DNA of 50,569 bases from Blastocatellia bacterium (GCA_044868105.1 JBIOWC010000122.1:1-50569), one strand, 5' to 3'. Counted from the stretch's first letter, positions 33,977 through 48,502 are shown. Notes: generated by a model from the letters alone, not told the origin. Numbers and translations are program-made.

Positions 33977-36900
33977 TTATGCCTTCTCCTCTTCGACATT
34001 TCGCACCTTTGCCAGATAACTGATTGCCGGTCGCAGGTTCAATTCTTCAAGCAAGATGAAATCGCGCCGGTCGTGTTTGAGCCGGTTCGCGCGGCTTTCC
34101 AGATTGACTAAATCGCCAAAGGTAATCGCCTGCGCGGGACAACTCTGCTGGCAAGCGGTTTGAATCTCGCCGTCTTTGATGTCGCGGGTTTCATTGCGCG
34201 CCTGAATTTTCGCTTCTTCGATGCGCTGAATACAGAAGGTGCATTTTTCCATCACCCCGCGAGTGCGAACCGTCACATCCGGATTGAGCGCGAGGTTGGC
34301 AATCGGGTCCGGATGTTGATACTCGAACCAGTTAAAGCGGCGCACCTTATAGGCACAGTTGTTGGCACAATAGCGCGTCCCGACGCAGCGATTGTAAACC
34401 TGCATGTTCAACCCTTCGCTGCTATGCACAGTCGCCAGCACCGGGCAGACGCTTTCGCACGAGGCGTTTTCACATTGCGAACACATCACCGGCTGATAAA
34501 TCACCTGCTCCTGGTTTTCATCCGCTTCATAGTAACGATCAATTCTCAGCCAGTGCATTTCACGTTGCCGCCATACTTCGTCTTTGCCGACAACCGGAAC
34601 ATTGTTTTCCGCCTGACAACTCAACATACAAGCCGAACAACCGGTGCAGGCGTTAAGGTCAACCACCATGGCCCACTTGTGTTCAGGGTACGCATGGTCT
34701 TGCCAGATGCTCTTAGAAGGTGCGGTATCGCCTTCGGTTTCGCGGTGACCGCTGACGATTTCAGCGAGCGATAATTCTTTGATAAGCGGCCTGCCATCTA
34801 GCGTATCGTGGCGCTGGGTCAATGCCAGTTCAACTTTAGCGAGCGTCTTTTCAAGGGTGATGTCGGAGCTTTGATACTGAAAAGTGCCGTTGTCGAAAGC
34901 CACCAAAGGATAAGCGTTCACGCCGATATGATTGCCAACTTTACCGGCTCGGGTTCTGCCGTAACCGACGGCGATGGCGACACAGTCGTCGTGTTGTTGC
35001 GCTTGAATGTAAACCGGAAGCTCGATTGCCGTATCGCCTTTGCTGATGCGAACCACGCGACCATTTTCGAGTTGCAACTTCGCGGCGAGCGCCGCCGAGA
35101 CGCAGGCGTAATTATCCCAGGTCACTTTGGTAATCGGGTCGGGCAACTCTTGCAGCCAGGGGTTGTTGGCCTGCGAGCCATCGCGCAACGCGAGCTTTTC
35201 GTAAAGCACAAGATGCAGTTTTCCCGCACCTTCATCGGCGCGCTGCGCCAAACGCTGGATAGCCGCGTGCAAATCATCTGTAACCAAAACGCCAGGTTCT
35301 GCCGGCGGTTTCGCTGTCGCTGCAGTCGTGATTTGCAACGAAGGTTTCGCTGCGGCAGCCGTTGCCGCCGACGTTGTTGAGGTTTTTGCCCTGGCGGTCA
35401 TCGCGGCGGGTGTTATGGAAGGTTTCGCTTCAATAACGAACACCCCATCGTGCAGCGCCTTATCCCAAAACTCGTCGAAACTTGTGTATTGGCTCTGTTG
35501 CGAAAAAATTTTCTCTTGCCAGCGCGCTCTTAGCACATCGTAGAATTTGCGCTCATCATTGCTCCAACGCAGCAAACTCTCTTGCCAGGCCCGCGTTTGA
35601 AACAGCGGCGCAATCGTCGGCTGGCTCAAACTGAGCGTGCCCGTCGCCGGCTCCGCATCATCCCACGATTCAAGCTGATGATGGCGCGGGCAGACGTAAT
35701 CAACCAGCGCAGAGGTTTCATCAAGGTAAGCGTTGAGCGAGACTTTCAAGCCGACTTTCGCCAGCCCGTTTCTGAATTCGCGGCTGTTGTAAAAATTATA
35801 AGCCGGATTCGCATCCACAATAATCAGAGCCGCGACTTCACCGGCGTTCATCTCGCGCACCAGTTCTTTTACATCGCTATCATTTTCAACGCGCTGGTCG
35901 GCGGCGCTCGGGACCTCAAGCGTCTTGCCATAATTGCCCAGCGTTTGATTGATGAAATTGATTAACTGCTGCGCATCCGTATCATTGGCTCCGCTGATGA
36001 CCAGCGATTCGCCGCGATGCTGCCATAAGGCTTCAGCGCTTTGCTCTATGGCGCGTCGAACTTTCGGCGACAGGTGTTCGCCGTTGATCGAAGTGAAATC
36101 ATTTTGCTTCGCGGCACTGGCTTTCGCGGCAATCAATTTTGCCAGCAGCAATAAAGCGAACATCTCTTCGGCCGGCGAAACCTTCACGCGCGTATCGGCG
36201 TTGCTGCCCGTGAGCGACAGGCGCGATTCAAACTGAAGGTGACGCGAAAACTCGGGCTTCTCGTTTTGCAGATTGCGTGCCTCCGCATAAGCGCGAGTGA
36301 ATTGCATCGGCGACAGCCAGGTGCCTAAAAAATCGGCGCCGAAACTCACAATCATTTTTGCTTTATCAAAATGAAAAACCGGCCGCGCCGCAACCCGGTG
36401 AGTTTTCAAATGCGCCGCGCCAATCGCCGCATTCGACACGGCGTTATAGACGAGGTGTTTGCCATTGGCGAATTGGTTAAGGAACGTATCAATGGTGTCG
36501 CGTGAAGTCGGGCTTGCGGTCGGTGAACCGAGCACCCGAACTTTGCCGCCCGATTGTTTAATCGTGGTCAACTGCCATTTAATTTGCTGATCAACATCTT
36601 CCCAGCTTGCCGCTTGCGATTTGATCAAAGGCTGACGCAGGCGTTCGCCATCATAAAGCCCGAACACCAGACTGTGAGCCACCGCGCACAGCCCGCCTTT
36701 GCTTAAAGGATGTTCGGCGTTGCCTTCGAGTTTGATCGGGCGACCGTCGCGCACTTTGACGAGCGTACCGCAAGCCGCATTACAGCCCCCGCAGGTGGAG
36801 GCGTACCAGTTGGCAACTCCCGGCGTCAGTTCTACGGGTTGCTTCAGATAAGGAATGATTTTCTGTTCAGGAGCGCGGCAACCGCTCAAGGCCGCCGCGG

Positions 36901-37030
36901 CAATCGAAAAGCCGACCAATTCGATAAACGTGCGGCGCGGCATCACTGCCCGTGGTCCATCGGTTGCCGCACAGGATTCTTCATCTGCGTCTTGCCGTTT
37001 GATGATTTGCCAAAGTTTCTCTACGGTCAT
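33977..37030 (-). CDS. actB: ACIII subunit ActB (Tat-signal, molybdopterin-oxidoreductase-like domain fused to 4Fe-4S ferredoxin domain)
   Basis: The ATG at 37030 (MTVEKLW) has AGAGGG upstream. Tat-like PRRTFIELVGFSIAAAAL. The C-terminal part has multiple Cys clusters (CTGCSACMLSCQAENN, CSQCENASCESVCP, CVGTRYCANNCAYKVRRF, CTFC...). The track start at 37090 would include an intergenic hairpin. Confidence 0.88.
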   Translation of the reverse strand: MTVEKLWQIIKRQDADEESCAATDGPRAVMPRRTFIELVGFSIAAAALSGCRAPEQKIIPYLKQPVELTPGVANWYASTCGGCNAACGTLVKVRDGRPIKLEGNAEHPLSKGGLCAVAHSLVFGLYDGERLRQPLIKSQAASWEDVDQQIKWQLTTIKQSGGKVRVLGSPTASPTSRDTIDTFLNQFANGKHLVYNAVSNAAIGAAHLKTHRVAARPVFHFDKAKMIVSFGADFLGTWLSPMQFTRAYAEARNLQNEKPEFSRHLQFESRLSLTGSNADTRVKVSPAEEMFALLLLAKLIAAKASAAKQNDFTSINGEHLSPKVRRAIEQSAEALWQHRGESLVISGANDTDAQQLINFINQTLGNYGKTLEVPSAADQRVENDSDVKELVREMNAGEVAALIIVDANPAYNFYNSREFRNGLAKVGLKVSLNAYLDETSALVDYVCPRHHQLESWDDAEPATGTLSLSQPTIAPLFQTRAWQESLLRWSNDERKFYDVLRARWQEKIFSQQSQYTSFDEFWDKALHDGVFVIEAKPSITPAAMTARAKTSTTSAATAAAAKPSLQITTAATAKPPAEPGVLVTDDLHAAIQRLAQRADEGAGKLHLVLYEKLALRDGSQANNPWLQELPDPITKVTWDNYACVSAALAAKLQLENGRVVRISKGDTAIELPVYIQAQQHDDCVAIAVGYGRTRAGKVGNHIGVNAYPLVAFDNGTFQYQSSDITLEKTLAKVELALTQRHDTLDGRPLIKELSLAEIVSGHRETEGDTAPSKSIWQDHAYPEHKWAMVVDLNACTGCSACMLSCQAENNVPVVGKDEVWRQREMHWLRIDRYYEADENQEQVIYQPVMCSQCENASCESVCPVLATVHSSEGLNMQVYNRCVGTRYCANNCAYKVRRFNWFEYQHPDPIANLALNPDVTVRTRGVMEKCTFCIQRIEEAKIQARNETRDIKDGEIQTACQQSCPAQAITFGDLVNLESRANRLKHDRRDFILLEELNLRPAISYLAKVRNVEEEKA

Positions 37031-37052
37031 AAGACCCTCTTTCGAGTGATAA

Positions 37053-37129
37053 GTGATGAGTGATGCGTTTTCAGAAGTGATCTTGCGCATCCACTTGCTT
37101 CACGTTTCTTCCTACTCATCACTCATCAC
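37053..37129. repeat. 13-bp perfect inverted repeat (gtgatga units) between actA and actB
   Basis: gtgatgagtgatg (37053-37065) pairs with catcactcatcac (37117-37129), with a 51-nt loop. Confidence 0.6.
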
Positions 37130-37133
37130 TTTT

Positions 37134-37721
37134 TCAATGATGACAAACCGAACAATCGGTTGAAGCCATCAATTTTTTCGTGGTCGCTTCTTTCGTGACC
37201 ACCGGTCGGCCCGCATCGTCCAACGTCACTTCGCGGTGAGTGCGATGACAGGCGACGCAATTGCCCATCAACAGTGGGTCGGCTTGTGAAACCCGGTCCA
37301 TGGTTTCTACTGCGCCGTGACATTGCTGGCATTGCAAACCTGCGACGACGTGACGGCTGTGATTGAATACTGCGTGGTCCGGTAAATCGTTGACCTTCAC
37401 CCATTCGATGGGTTTGTTCTCTTCCAGGGCGTGGGCAATCTTTTGAATTTCGGGCGAGTCTTTTAAAATCCGCTTGTGACAATTCATACAGGTTGACGCG
37501 GCGGGAATGCCTGCAACCTTCGATTTATCGGCGCCCGTGTGACAGTACAAACAGGCGATCTGGTTATCGCCGGCGTGCAGCTTATGGGAAAAGTTTATTG
37601 GCTGCACCGGCTCATAGCCTTGCTGATTGCCGAGCGAACTGAAGGTCGAGCCTTGCCACAAAACGATGGCGCCGATGATCGTAACCAACAACGAGATTAT
37701 TTTTGCGGTTCTCAAACTCAT
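37134..37721 (-). CDS. actA: ACIII pentahaem cytochrome c subunit ActA
   Basis: TM anchor plus five CxxCH motifs (CLYCH, CMNCH, CQQCH, CVACH, CSVCH). It starts 4 nt after the narI stop, and its GAGGTGA RBS overlaps that stop. Confidence 0.88.
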   Translation of the reverse strand: MSLRTAKIISLLVTIIGAIVLWQGSTFSSLGNQQGYEPVQPINFSHKLHAGDNQIACLYCHTGADKSKVAGIPAASTCMNCHKRILKDSPEIQKIAHALEENKPIEWVKVNDLPDHAVFNHSRHVVAGLQCQQCHGAVETMDRVSQADPLLMGNCVACHRTHREVTLDDAGRPVVTKEATTKKLMASTDCSVCHH

Positions 37722-37725
37722 CTTC

Positions 37726-38499
37726 TCACCTCGTAATTGCCGGACGATTAGTCGCCGCAGGTTCAGCGCTCAATGGCGCAGCGACCTCCATTGGTCGCGG
37801 TTTCGGGCGCAACGCATATCCGCGAAGCTTTTGGCGATTCCAATTCCACATCACCAGTTGATACGGCCGCCACAAATAAGGAATCGGCACAACCAACATA
37901 TGAACCAGACGCGAAAACGGAAAGACGGCAACTAACAACCAGGCGTTCAAGACGTGAAGTTTGATGGCCAAAGGCAACGGCGCGATCATTGCCAAATCAG
38001 GTTGCAGCGTAAACAACGAACGCAGATAAGGCGCTAAGGATGTCGCATACCACGAAGACCCCCAGCGATAGAAAATCGCAATAAAGATGCCGAGCCCGAC
38101 CTGGGTCAGCAACAGCAACAACACAACGATGTCCATCTTGGAAGTGACGGCGCGAATGCGCGCCGAGGTATGGCGGCGGATGATTAAATTCACCAGCCCC
38201 GCAAGCGACATCAAACCGAACAAAAGCGCGGTGCTTTCGAGCAGGTACAAACGCGCCGGTACGCCGTTAAACCACAAGACCTGTCGCGGAAACAGTAGGC
38301 CAATTAAATGCCCCAAAAAGAGGGCGAGGATGCCGATGTGCCACGACACCGAGCCGTAAAAGAGTTCGCCGCTTTCCAAAAATTGCGAGGACAGGCTGGA
38401 ATAGGTGAAAGGCTTTTTGAAATAGCGCTGCACCGTCACCACGGTTGCCAGAATGACTACCGCGTACGGAATGATAATGAAAAAAAGATTATCGTACAT
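37726..38499 (-). CDS. narI: Respiratory nitrate reductase gamma subunit (dihaem b, membrane)
   Basis: Five TM segments. N-terminus MYDNLFFIIIPYAVVIL...FYGSVSWHIGILALFLGHLIG carries the conserved His ligands. It has a ~35-aa C-terminal extension. Confidence 0.9.
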   Translation of the reverse strand: MYDNLFFIIIPYAVVILATVVTVQRYFKKPFTYSSLSSQFLESGELFYGSVSWHIGILALFLGHLIGLLFPRQVLWFNGVPARLYLLESTALLFGLMSLAGLVNLIIRRHTSARIRAVTSKMDIVVLLLLLTQVGLGIFIAIFYRWGSSWYATSLAPYLRSLFTLQPDLAMIAPLPLAIKLHVLNAWLLVAVFPFSRLVHMLVVPIPYLWRPYQLVMWNWNRQKLRGYALRPKPRPMEVAAPLSAEPAATNRPAITR

Positions 38500-38523
38500 A
38501 AACCCGTCCTCTCATTGAGCAAA

Positions 38524-39111
38524 TCAAAATGGATGCGCTTGCAAGACCGGCAAGGCGATAGCCCCACGCCCCGTCGTGGTTTCTACAGGTGCGCTCGCCG
38601 GCGGCGCTTCTTCTTTCAAGGTCGCGCCGATGGCGACCAGCAAACTGCCGTAAAGGTTCCCGGCTTTCTGCAAAGCCGCGGTCATTAAATCAAGCGCCGG
38701 AATCAGACATTCGGCGATTAAATCGCTGCGAAGTTCTGCATCTTCGAGTTTCACCAGCAGGCGCAACAGCACCGGCAAGTAATCGGGCAACTGGTGCGCT
38801 TGCCCTAAAGTAAACGGCGCTTCGGTTTCGCGCAGGTTCGCCAGAAAAACCCCGCGTTTATAATTTTCACCAAACAGGTGGTAGCCGATTTCCAGATTGC
38901 ATACGGGGTTCAAATCAAAGGTCTGCGTGTAGCGTTCCTGCAAGGTCGCCAGCGGCAAGCCTTCAACAGCCTGTAAAAATTCCAGCAGCAGCCCGGCGCA
39001 CGGCGTGGGCGAACTATTCATTGACCATTTGCAGTCAGCGACTCGCGCCTCCCAGTCAGCTGTTGGATAGTCGAGCAAATCGGCATAAATTTCATAAAGC
39101 TGATTCATCAA
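38524..39111 (-). CDS. narJ: Nitrate reductase molybdenum cofactor assembly chaperone
   Basis: YTQTFDLNPVCNLEIGYHLFGENYKRGVFLANL, and its position between narH and narI. Confidence 0.88.
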   Translation of the reverse strand: MMNQLYEIYADLLDYPTADWEARVADCKWSMNSSPTPCAGLLLEFLQAVEGLPLATLQERYTQTFDLNPVCNLEIGYHLFGENYKRGVFLANLRETEAPFTLGQAHQLPDYLPVLLRLLVKLEDAELRSDLIAECLIPALDLMTAALQKAGNLYGSLLVAIGATLKEEAPPASAPVETTTGRGAIALPVLQAHPF

Positions 39112-39138
39112 ATCCTCCCCATTTTTTGCGGCTCTGCT

Positions 39139-40632
<1,494 letters not shown>

Positions 40633-40643
40633 GTTAGTCCTCC

Positions 40644-40761
40644 GTCCTTAGTCCTTGAGTTTGTCATTCTTCATTCTCTATTTCCTCCCCAGTCATTTGC
40701 CTCTCACCATCCCTGCCATCCTGAAACCGGCTCCTGTAGCCAATTTCAAGGAACTAAGGAC
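40644..40761. repeat. Inverted repeat (aggacta units) in the 154-nt narG-narH spacer
   Basis: gtccttagtccttg (40644-40657) pairs with caaggaactaaggac (40747-40761). There is one bulge and a ~89-nt loop. Confidence 0.5.
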
Positions 40762-40786
40762 TAGAGGCCAAGGACCAGGGACTTCA

Positions 40787-44421
<3,635 letters not shown>

Positions 44422-44425
<4 letters not shown>

Positions 44426-45294
44426 TGTTTGTTCCTCCGCACCAGTTCTTCGCGCACCCCGCGAAGGCGGTTTTTCCAGATGCGATTGAGCGCCACAAAG
44501 GACAACACCAGCGCCAGAAAACCAACGGCCGGAAACCATAAATTGAGCGGCGCGGTTGCCGGTTGGGTTTGCGCCGCCGGATAGGCGAACTTGGCGTTTT
44601 GAAAATAAGCGAAGAGTTTGACAATCTCTTCATCGGTCAAAGGTTTGGTGCCGAAGACGCTTTTCATTGTCGGGAAATTCGGGTTCTGTAAAATCGAAAT
44701 CAACTCCGGGTCTTTGTACTTGGTGTTGACGGCCGTCAAATTGGGACCCAGTGTGCCTCCGCCGAACCGGCCTATATCGTTGACGCTGTGACAGGCGATG
44801 CAGGAAGTGCCGCCGTTTTGGAGCCCGGTTTTGCCGGCGAAGGTTTCACGCCCCGCGTCAATATCACCGGCTTCGATGGGGCGGCTCAATTTCGCGCCGG
44901 CCGGGATAAAGGTTTCGCCTTTCTTGGTAAGCGATTCAATCAACGAAAGGACGCCGTCAATCTGTTCGGGCGTAAGCGGCTGGTCAGGCATCACTTCGGG
45001 AGCGAATTTCTTAAAGAGCGCGTTGGCATCCGGGTCGCCTTTGCGATTCATTGCGGCGGGCGATTGAATGAACTGGTGCAGCCATTCTTTCGAGCGTCGC
45101 TCCATCACGCCTTTCAAATCCGGTCCTTTTTTGTCGCCGCCGTTGATGTTGTGGCAACTGTAACAGCTCTTCTCGAAAGTCACGGCGCCGGCTGGCGTCG
45201 TTTGCGCCAATGTGGGTTCCGATACGGCAGCGAGCCATAGAAAAACGCCAATCAAGGCGGTCAATATTTTGCATTTGATTTTTCTGTCTAGCAT
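44422..45294 (-). CDS. narC: Membrane-anchored dihaem cytochrome c, NarC-like (first structural gene of the nar operon)
   Basis: The ATG at 45294 gives the signal peptide [25 protein letters not shown]. Two haem motifs are present, CYSCH and CIACH. C-terminal [22 protein letters not shown]. This architecture and position match Thermus thermophilus narC as I recall it. Confidence 0.75.
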
Positions 45295-45308
45295 AAACCG
45301 ACTCCGAA

Positions 45309-45788
45309 TTATTCTTCGTTGCGCTGTGCCAGCAAGCCGCGACCTGAGCGCTGACTTGCAGCGCTTTTCAGGGCGTTCAATTCGCTGCTTGAAGTTGCCA
45401 ACTCGGCGATCGTCTTGTGTTGCAATAGCTCGACAAAAGCTTTGCGCCACTGCTGCCAGTCTTCGTGCAGTGCGCAAGAGTCTGGCGCGTGACACATTCC
45501 GCAACCGAGTATGCACTCGTCGAGATAGGGGTCTGGCTCAAGGACCTGGAAGACTTCCCACAAGGTGATGTTTTGCGGCAAACGCGCCAGTTCATAACCG
45601 CCATGTAATCCTTTGACCGAGCGTAGCAGGCGATGACGCCGCAGTTCGCCGAGCACTTTGCGCAAATAGACTGGAGGAATCCGTTCTTGTTCGGCGATCT
45701 CTTGCGAACCGCAAAGCCCTGAATCCGGCTGACTCGCCAGATAAGCAAGGGCGCGAATTCCATAAGCGGTAGTCTTGGATAAAATCAT
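45309..45788 (-). CDS. Rrf2-family transcription regulator (NsrR/IscR-like, Cys-containing)
   Basis: The ATG at 45788 opens MILSKTTAYGIRALAYLA (Rrf2 wHTH). A Cys cluster CILGCGMCHAPDSC is present. It ends 12 nt before the narC-like start. Confidence 0.85.
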   Translation of the reverse strand: MILSKTTAYGIRALAYLASQPDSGLCGSQEIAEQERIPPVYLRKVLGELRRHRLLRSVKGLHGGYELARLPQNITLWEVFQVLEPDPYLDECILGCGMCHAPDSCALHEDWQQWRKAFVELLQHKTIAELATSSSELNALKSAASQRSGRGLLAQRNEE

Positions 45789-45860
45789 TGCGGATACCTT
45801 TACAAACGGACCTCTTTGTCCTCTATCATCACTTTTCGGCAGATACGGAACAATAATCAC

Positions 45861-45884
45861 GGTTCATCATTTTCGTGATGAACC
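45861..45884. promoter_or_regulatory. Perfect 9-6-9 palindrome about 75 bp upstream of the Rrf2 start
   Basis: GGTTCATCA-ttttcg-TGATGAACC. An overlapping TCACG-N12-CGTGA alternative exists. Confidence 0.4.
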
Positions 45885-45977
45885 TGTTAAAGTCGGGCGA
45901 CGGGCGAGAACCTATCTCAGCGAAATGAATGAGCTAGAGCGAATGGCTCATCGGATTGCTGAAAGGTGGAGGGGCAA

Positions 45978-46322
45978 GGCTCGTAGGGGAAAACCAGCAG
46001 GCTCAGGGTGTCCCAAAGACTGCGGCAACCGTCAGGGTCGTAGGAATACCATCAGGCTCACGCTCAGGGTTTAGCTTCCCCGCTGATCGGGCGGAGGCGG
46101 CCGGTGAACGCGGATTTTTAAGGCTCGGTTATCCACATAGATCGTAAGAGTCAAGCATTCGCGTTGATGGTGAGGGTCAAGCATCTGCGTTGATCGGCTC
46201 CTTCAGCATGATCAGCGGGGAAGCCCCAAGGTGAACATCCGACTCGTGGATTTTCCCTGAGCCCGCTCACCCATACGACCTCCTCTCGCTGATTTTCCCT
46301 GAGCCCGCTCATCCTTACTTCC
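45978..46322. repeat. ~350-bp composite palindrome: two ~30-bp units, a 13-bp inverted repeat enclosing a 19-bp tandem repeat, then two inverted units
   Basis: Left units ...cgtagg..ag(c/g)aggctcaggg lie at 45978-46008 and 46035-46069. The 13-bp inverted repeat is ttccccgctgatc (46076-46088) / gatcagcggggaa (46210-46222). The tandem repeat gtcaagcatNNgcgttgat lies at 46150-46168 and 46176-46194. Right units gattttccctgagcccgctca.cc lie at 46249-46280 and 46291-46322, in the opposite orientation. Confidence 0.7.
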
Positions 46323-46640
46323 GCCGCTCGCTGAGGTTGCCTGCGACCTCACGGCAGCTTCAAAAAGCACTTCGCCGAAGCGCACCACCAGGGTTCTTGC
46401 TGACCACAGTAAAGCCAATCGCCATTCGCCACAGGCGTTGCAGGCAGAAGACAAGCTGTAAAATTCAGTGGTAAGAAATTGGTAGGGAGGTTGAAGACGC
46501 GTCAATCTCTGCCGAAAGCCGCTGTGCACTCCTGACAGAGATTAATTCAAAACCACGGCGCTCTGCTTTTGAGGGTCGGTGTTGAGCAATGGGTTAAGCC
46601 AGAGTAGGGATTACCACTTGCGTTCTCCCGCAAACGGTAT

Positions 46641-47366
46641 TCAGATCAAGCCAGCATGCTCGGCGCGACGGATAGCTTCCAGACGAGTGTGCGCGTTGAG
46701 CTTGCGTAGGATATGTTGAATGTGGTTATTGACGGTCGTTCGACTGATGAACAGTTGACTGGCAATGGTTGCTGTGGTCGAGCCTTTGGCGAGCAAACGC
46801 AACACTTCAATTTCACGTACGGAAAGCTCCGTATCGTGCGCCGGGGAGCGCGTCGAAGAGATGAGGGTGGTGACCTGTTCGGCCGGCAAGTGGGTTCCGG
46901 TCACGACGAAATCGCGCACCAGCAATTCAAGACGCTTGCGCATGTCAATCGGACGGATGATGTGGATCGCATAAGGCCAGGCAGAGGTCGCTTCACCGGC
47001 AATCAACACGGATATATTGCACCATTGCCGAGCTTCTCCAATCTTGACCTGCAAATCGAAATTGCCAACCGGATGATGCCGGCGAACCGATTGCTTAATC
47101 GTGCAGTCAGGCGAACATACGGGGCCGCATTCATCAATGCCTTGCAGGATCTGGCCGCAGGCCTTGCCTAGGGCTTCTTTAGCCGGCAATTTGAACAGCT
47201 CTTCGGCGGCCCGGTTCCAGGCAACAATCAAGCCTTCGCCATCCACCGCAAACGCAGAATCCGAGGTGCTTTCAACCAATTTTTTGATCTCTCGCAGTCG
47301 CATCTTTTCAATCGGATTATAAAATTGATGTGCCCGGATTATTGCTCCAATAGCCTCAAAAAGCAA
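46641..47366 (-). CDS. PAS-domain + LuxR/FixJ-type HTH one-component regulator with a CX9CX3CX3C motif
   Basis: C-terminal [45 protein letters not shown]-terminal PAS-like [22 protein letters not shown], then [19 protein letters not shown]. The track start is TTG 47366; an alternative ATG is at 47303. Confidence 0.8.
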   Translation of the reverse strand: MLFEAIGAIIRAHQFYNPIEKMRLREIKKLVESTSDSAFAVDGEGLIVAWNRAAEELFKLPAKEALGKACGQILQGIDECGPVCSPDCTIKQSVRRHHPVGNFDLQVKIGEARQWCNISVLIAGEATSAWPYAIHIIRPIDMRKRLELLVRDFVVTGTHLPAEQVTTLISSTRSPAHDTELSVREIEVLRLLAKGSTTATIASQLFISRTTVNNHIQHILRKLNAHTRLEAIRRAEHAGLI

Positions 47367-47426
47367 TCATAAAGCACCTTCGCCAACAGGATTTCTTCTC
47401 CAAGGCTGTGGATTAAGGAGGGCCTA

Positions 47427-47882
47427 ATGAGCAACCATCGAGCCCAGTCAAGACCATCGTGCAGACGAGAAATATGGCATCATACGCTGGCCTGGATCGG
47501 GCTTTGTTTTGCGCTCACCATTCACCTGGTGGATGAAGTGGCGGGAATATTTTTGTCCGTTTATGACCCCGACACGCGGGTCTGGTGCGATCGCCTGCCG
47601 TTTCTACAACAGCCAAATTTTACTTTCGAGGTCTGGTTGACCGGAATTGTCATGATAATCATCATCCTGTTCAGTCTCACTTTCTTTGCCTTCCTCGGCC
47701 TGAGTTGGATGCGCGTGCTCTCTTTTCCAGTGGCGATTTTAATGGTCGTTAATGGCCTTGGCCATCTGGCTGGAACGCTCACCAGAGGTCAGGCGATACC
47801 GGGCATTTATTCCGTGCCCCTCCTGCTGGCCGCCGCTTTCTATCTGCTTTTGTGTACCCACAAGCTTGAACAGAAGTTCTGA
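47427..47882 (+). CDS. Hypothetical 4-TM membrane protein (possibly HXXEE-domain-like)
   Basis: A strong RBS AAGGAGG lies 5 nt upstream. Four hydrophobic segments are present, with HLVDE in the first helix. Confidence 0.6.
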   Translation: MSNHRAQSRPSCRREIWHHTLAWIGLCFALTIHLVDEVAGIFLSVYDPDTRVWCDRLPFLQQPNFTFEVWLTGIVMIIIILFSLTFFAFLGLSWMRVLSFPVAILMVVNGLGHLAGTLTRGQAIPGIYSVPLLLAAAFYLLLCTHKLEQKF

Positions 47883-48340
47883 CCTTCAAGATAGGCAAGA
47901 GCCAACCTGGTTGTAAACCTCCCGAAATTAGTCCCCACTTTGAGTAGTGACTTTCGAGTGTTTGATTAACAGATATTCCCCAGGCGTCAGCTTCCCAATA
48001 TCGCTTACGGGAAAGGCGTGAATTTTCTTGGTCTGCGATATTTGCTGTGAAAAAAATAGAGCTAAAACCGGCAGAGATTTTGAAAAATCAATTATCAAAG
48101 AACCCCGCCGATTACCGCTTTATTGTTGATCTGCAATGGATATCTCGCTTCTTTCTCCCAACCAAATTCGCCCAACTGGGTAAATAGAGGCAGTGGCCTG
48201 AGATTTCACCCAATTGCTTGAGGATCCTTACTCACCATTACCGAGACTTCACTCTTCCAATTGCAGAATTCAGGCGTTTGATTTCCGGCACGTCTATTGC
48301 CCTCGATTAGTGGGGCAAACTGGTCCGTTTGGAGGTAGCT

Positions 48341-48502
48341 ATGAAAAATTTTAGACTTGGTACCAACTTTACCATCTTCCTACTCTTCTTTGGGGTTGCC
48401 ACGCTTGAGGCCTTGCAAACCAGGAATTGGCTAAAAGCTCTCTTCTGGTTAGCCATTGGAATCGTCTTCCTGGCGGCAGATAATTTAAAGCGGCATGCCT
48501 GA
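48341..48502 (+). CDS. Hypothetical 53-aa two-TM protein (below the ORF-track cutoff)
   Basis: GGAGG lies 6 nt upstream of the ATG. Translation: MKNFRLGTNFTIFLLFFGVATLEALQTRNWLKALFWLAIGIVFLAADNLKRHA. Confidence 0.45.
   Translation: MKNFRLGTNFTIFLLFFGVATLEALQTRNWLKALFWLAIGIVFLAADNLKRHA

Noticed and set aside
46150-46194. Possible mini-CRISPR or tandem array (gtcaagcat..gcgttgat twice).
   Set aside because: There are only two copies with a 7-nt spacer, no cas genes, and the pair is embedded in a larger palindrome.
45775-46529. Track ORFs 45775-46074, 45956-46147 and 46212-46529 in the nar upstream region.
   Set aside because: They lack RBSs. Their sequences are direct translations of the DNA repeats (ERAQGKS duplicated), and they overlap the composite palindrome.
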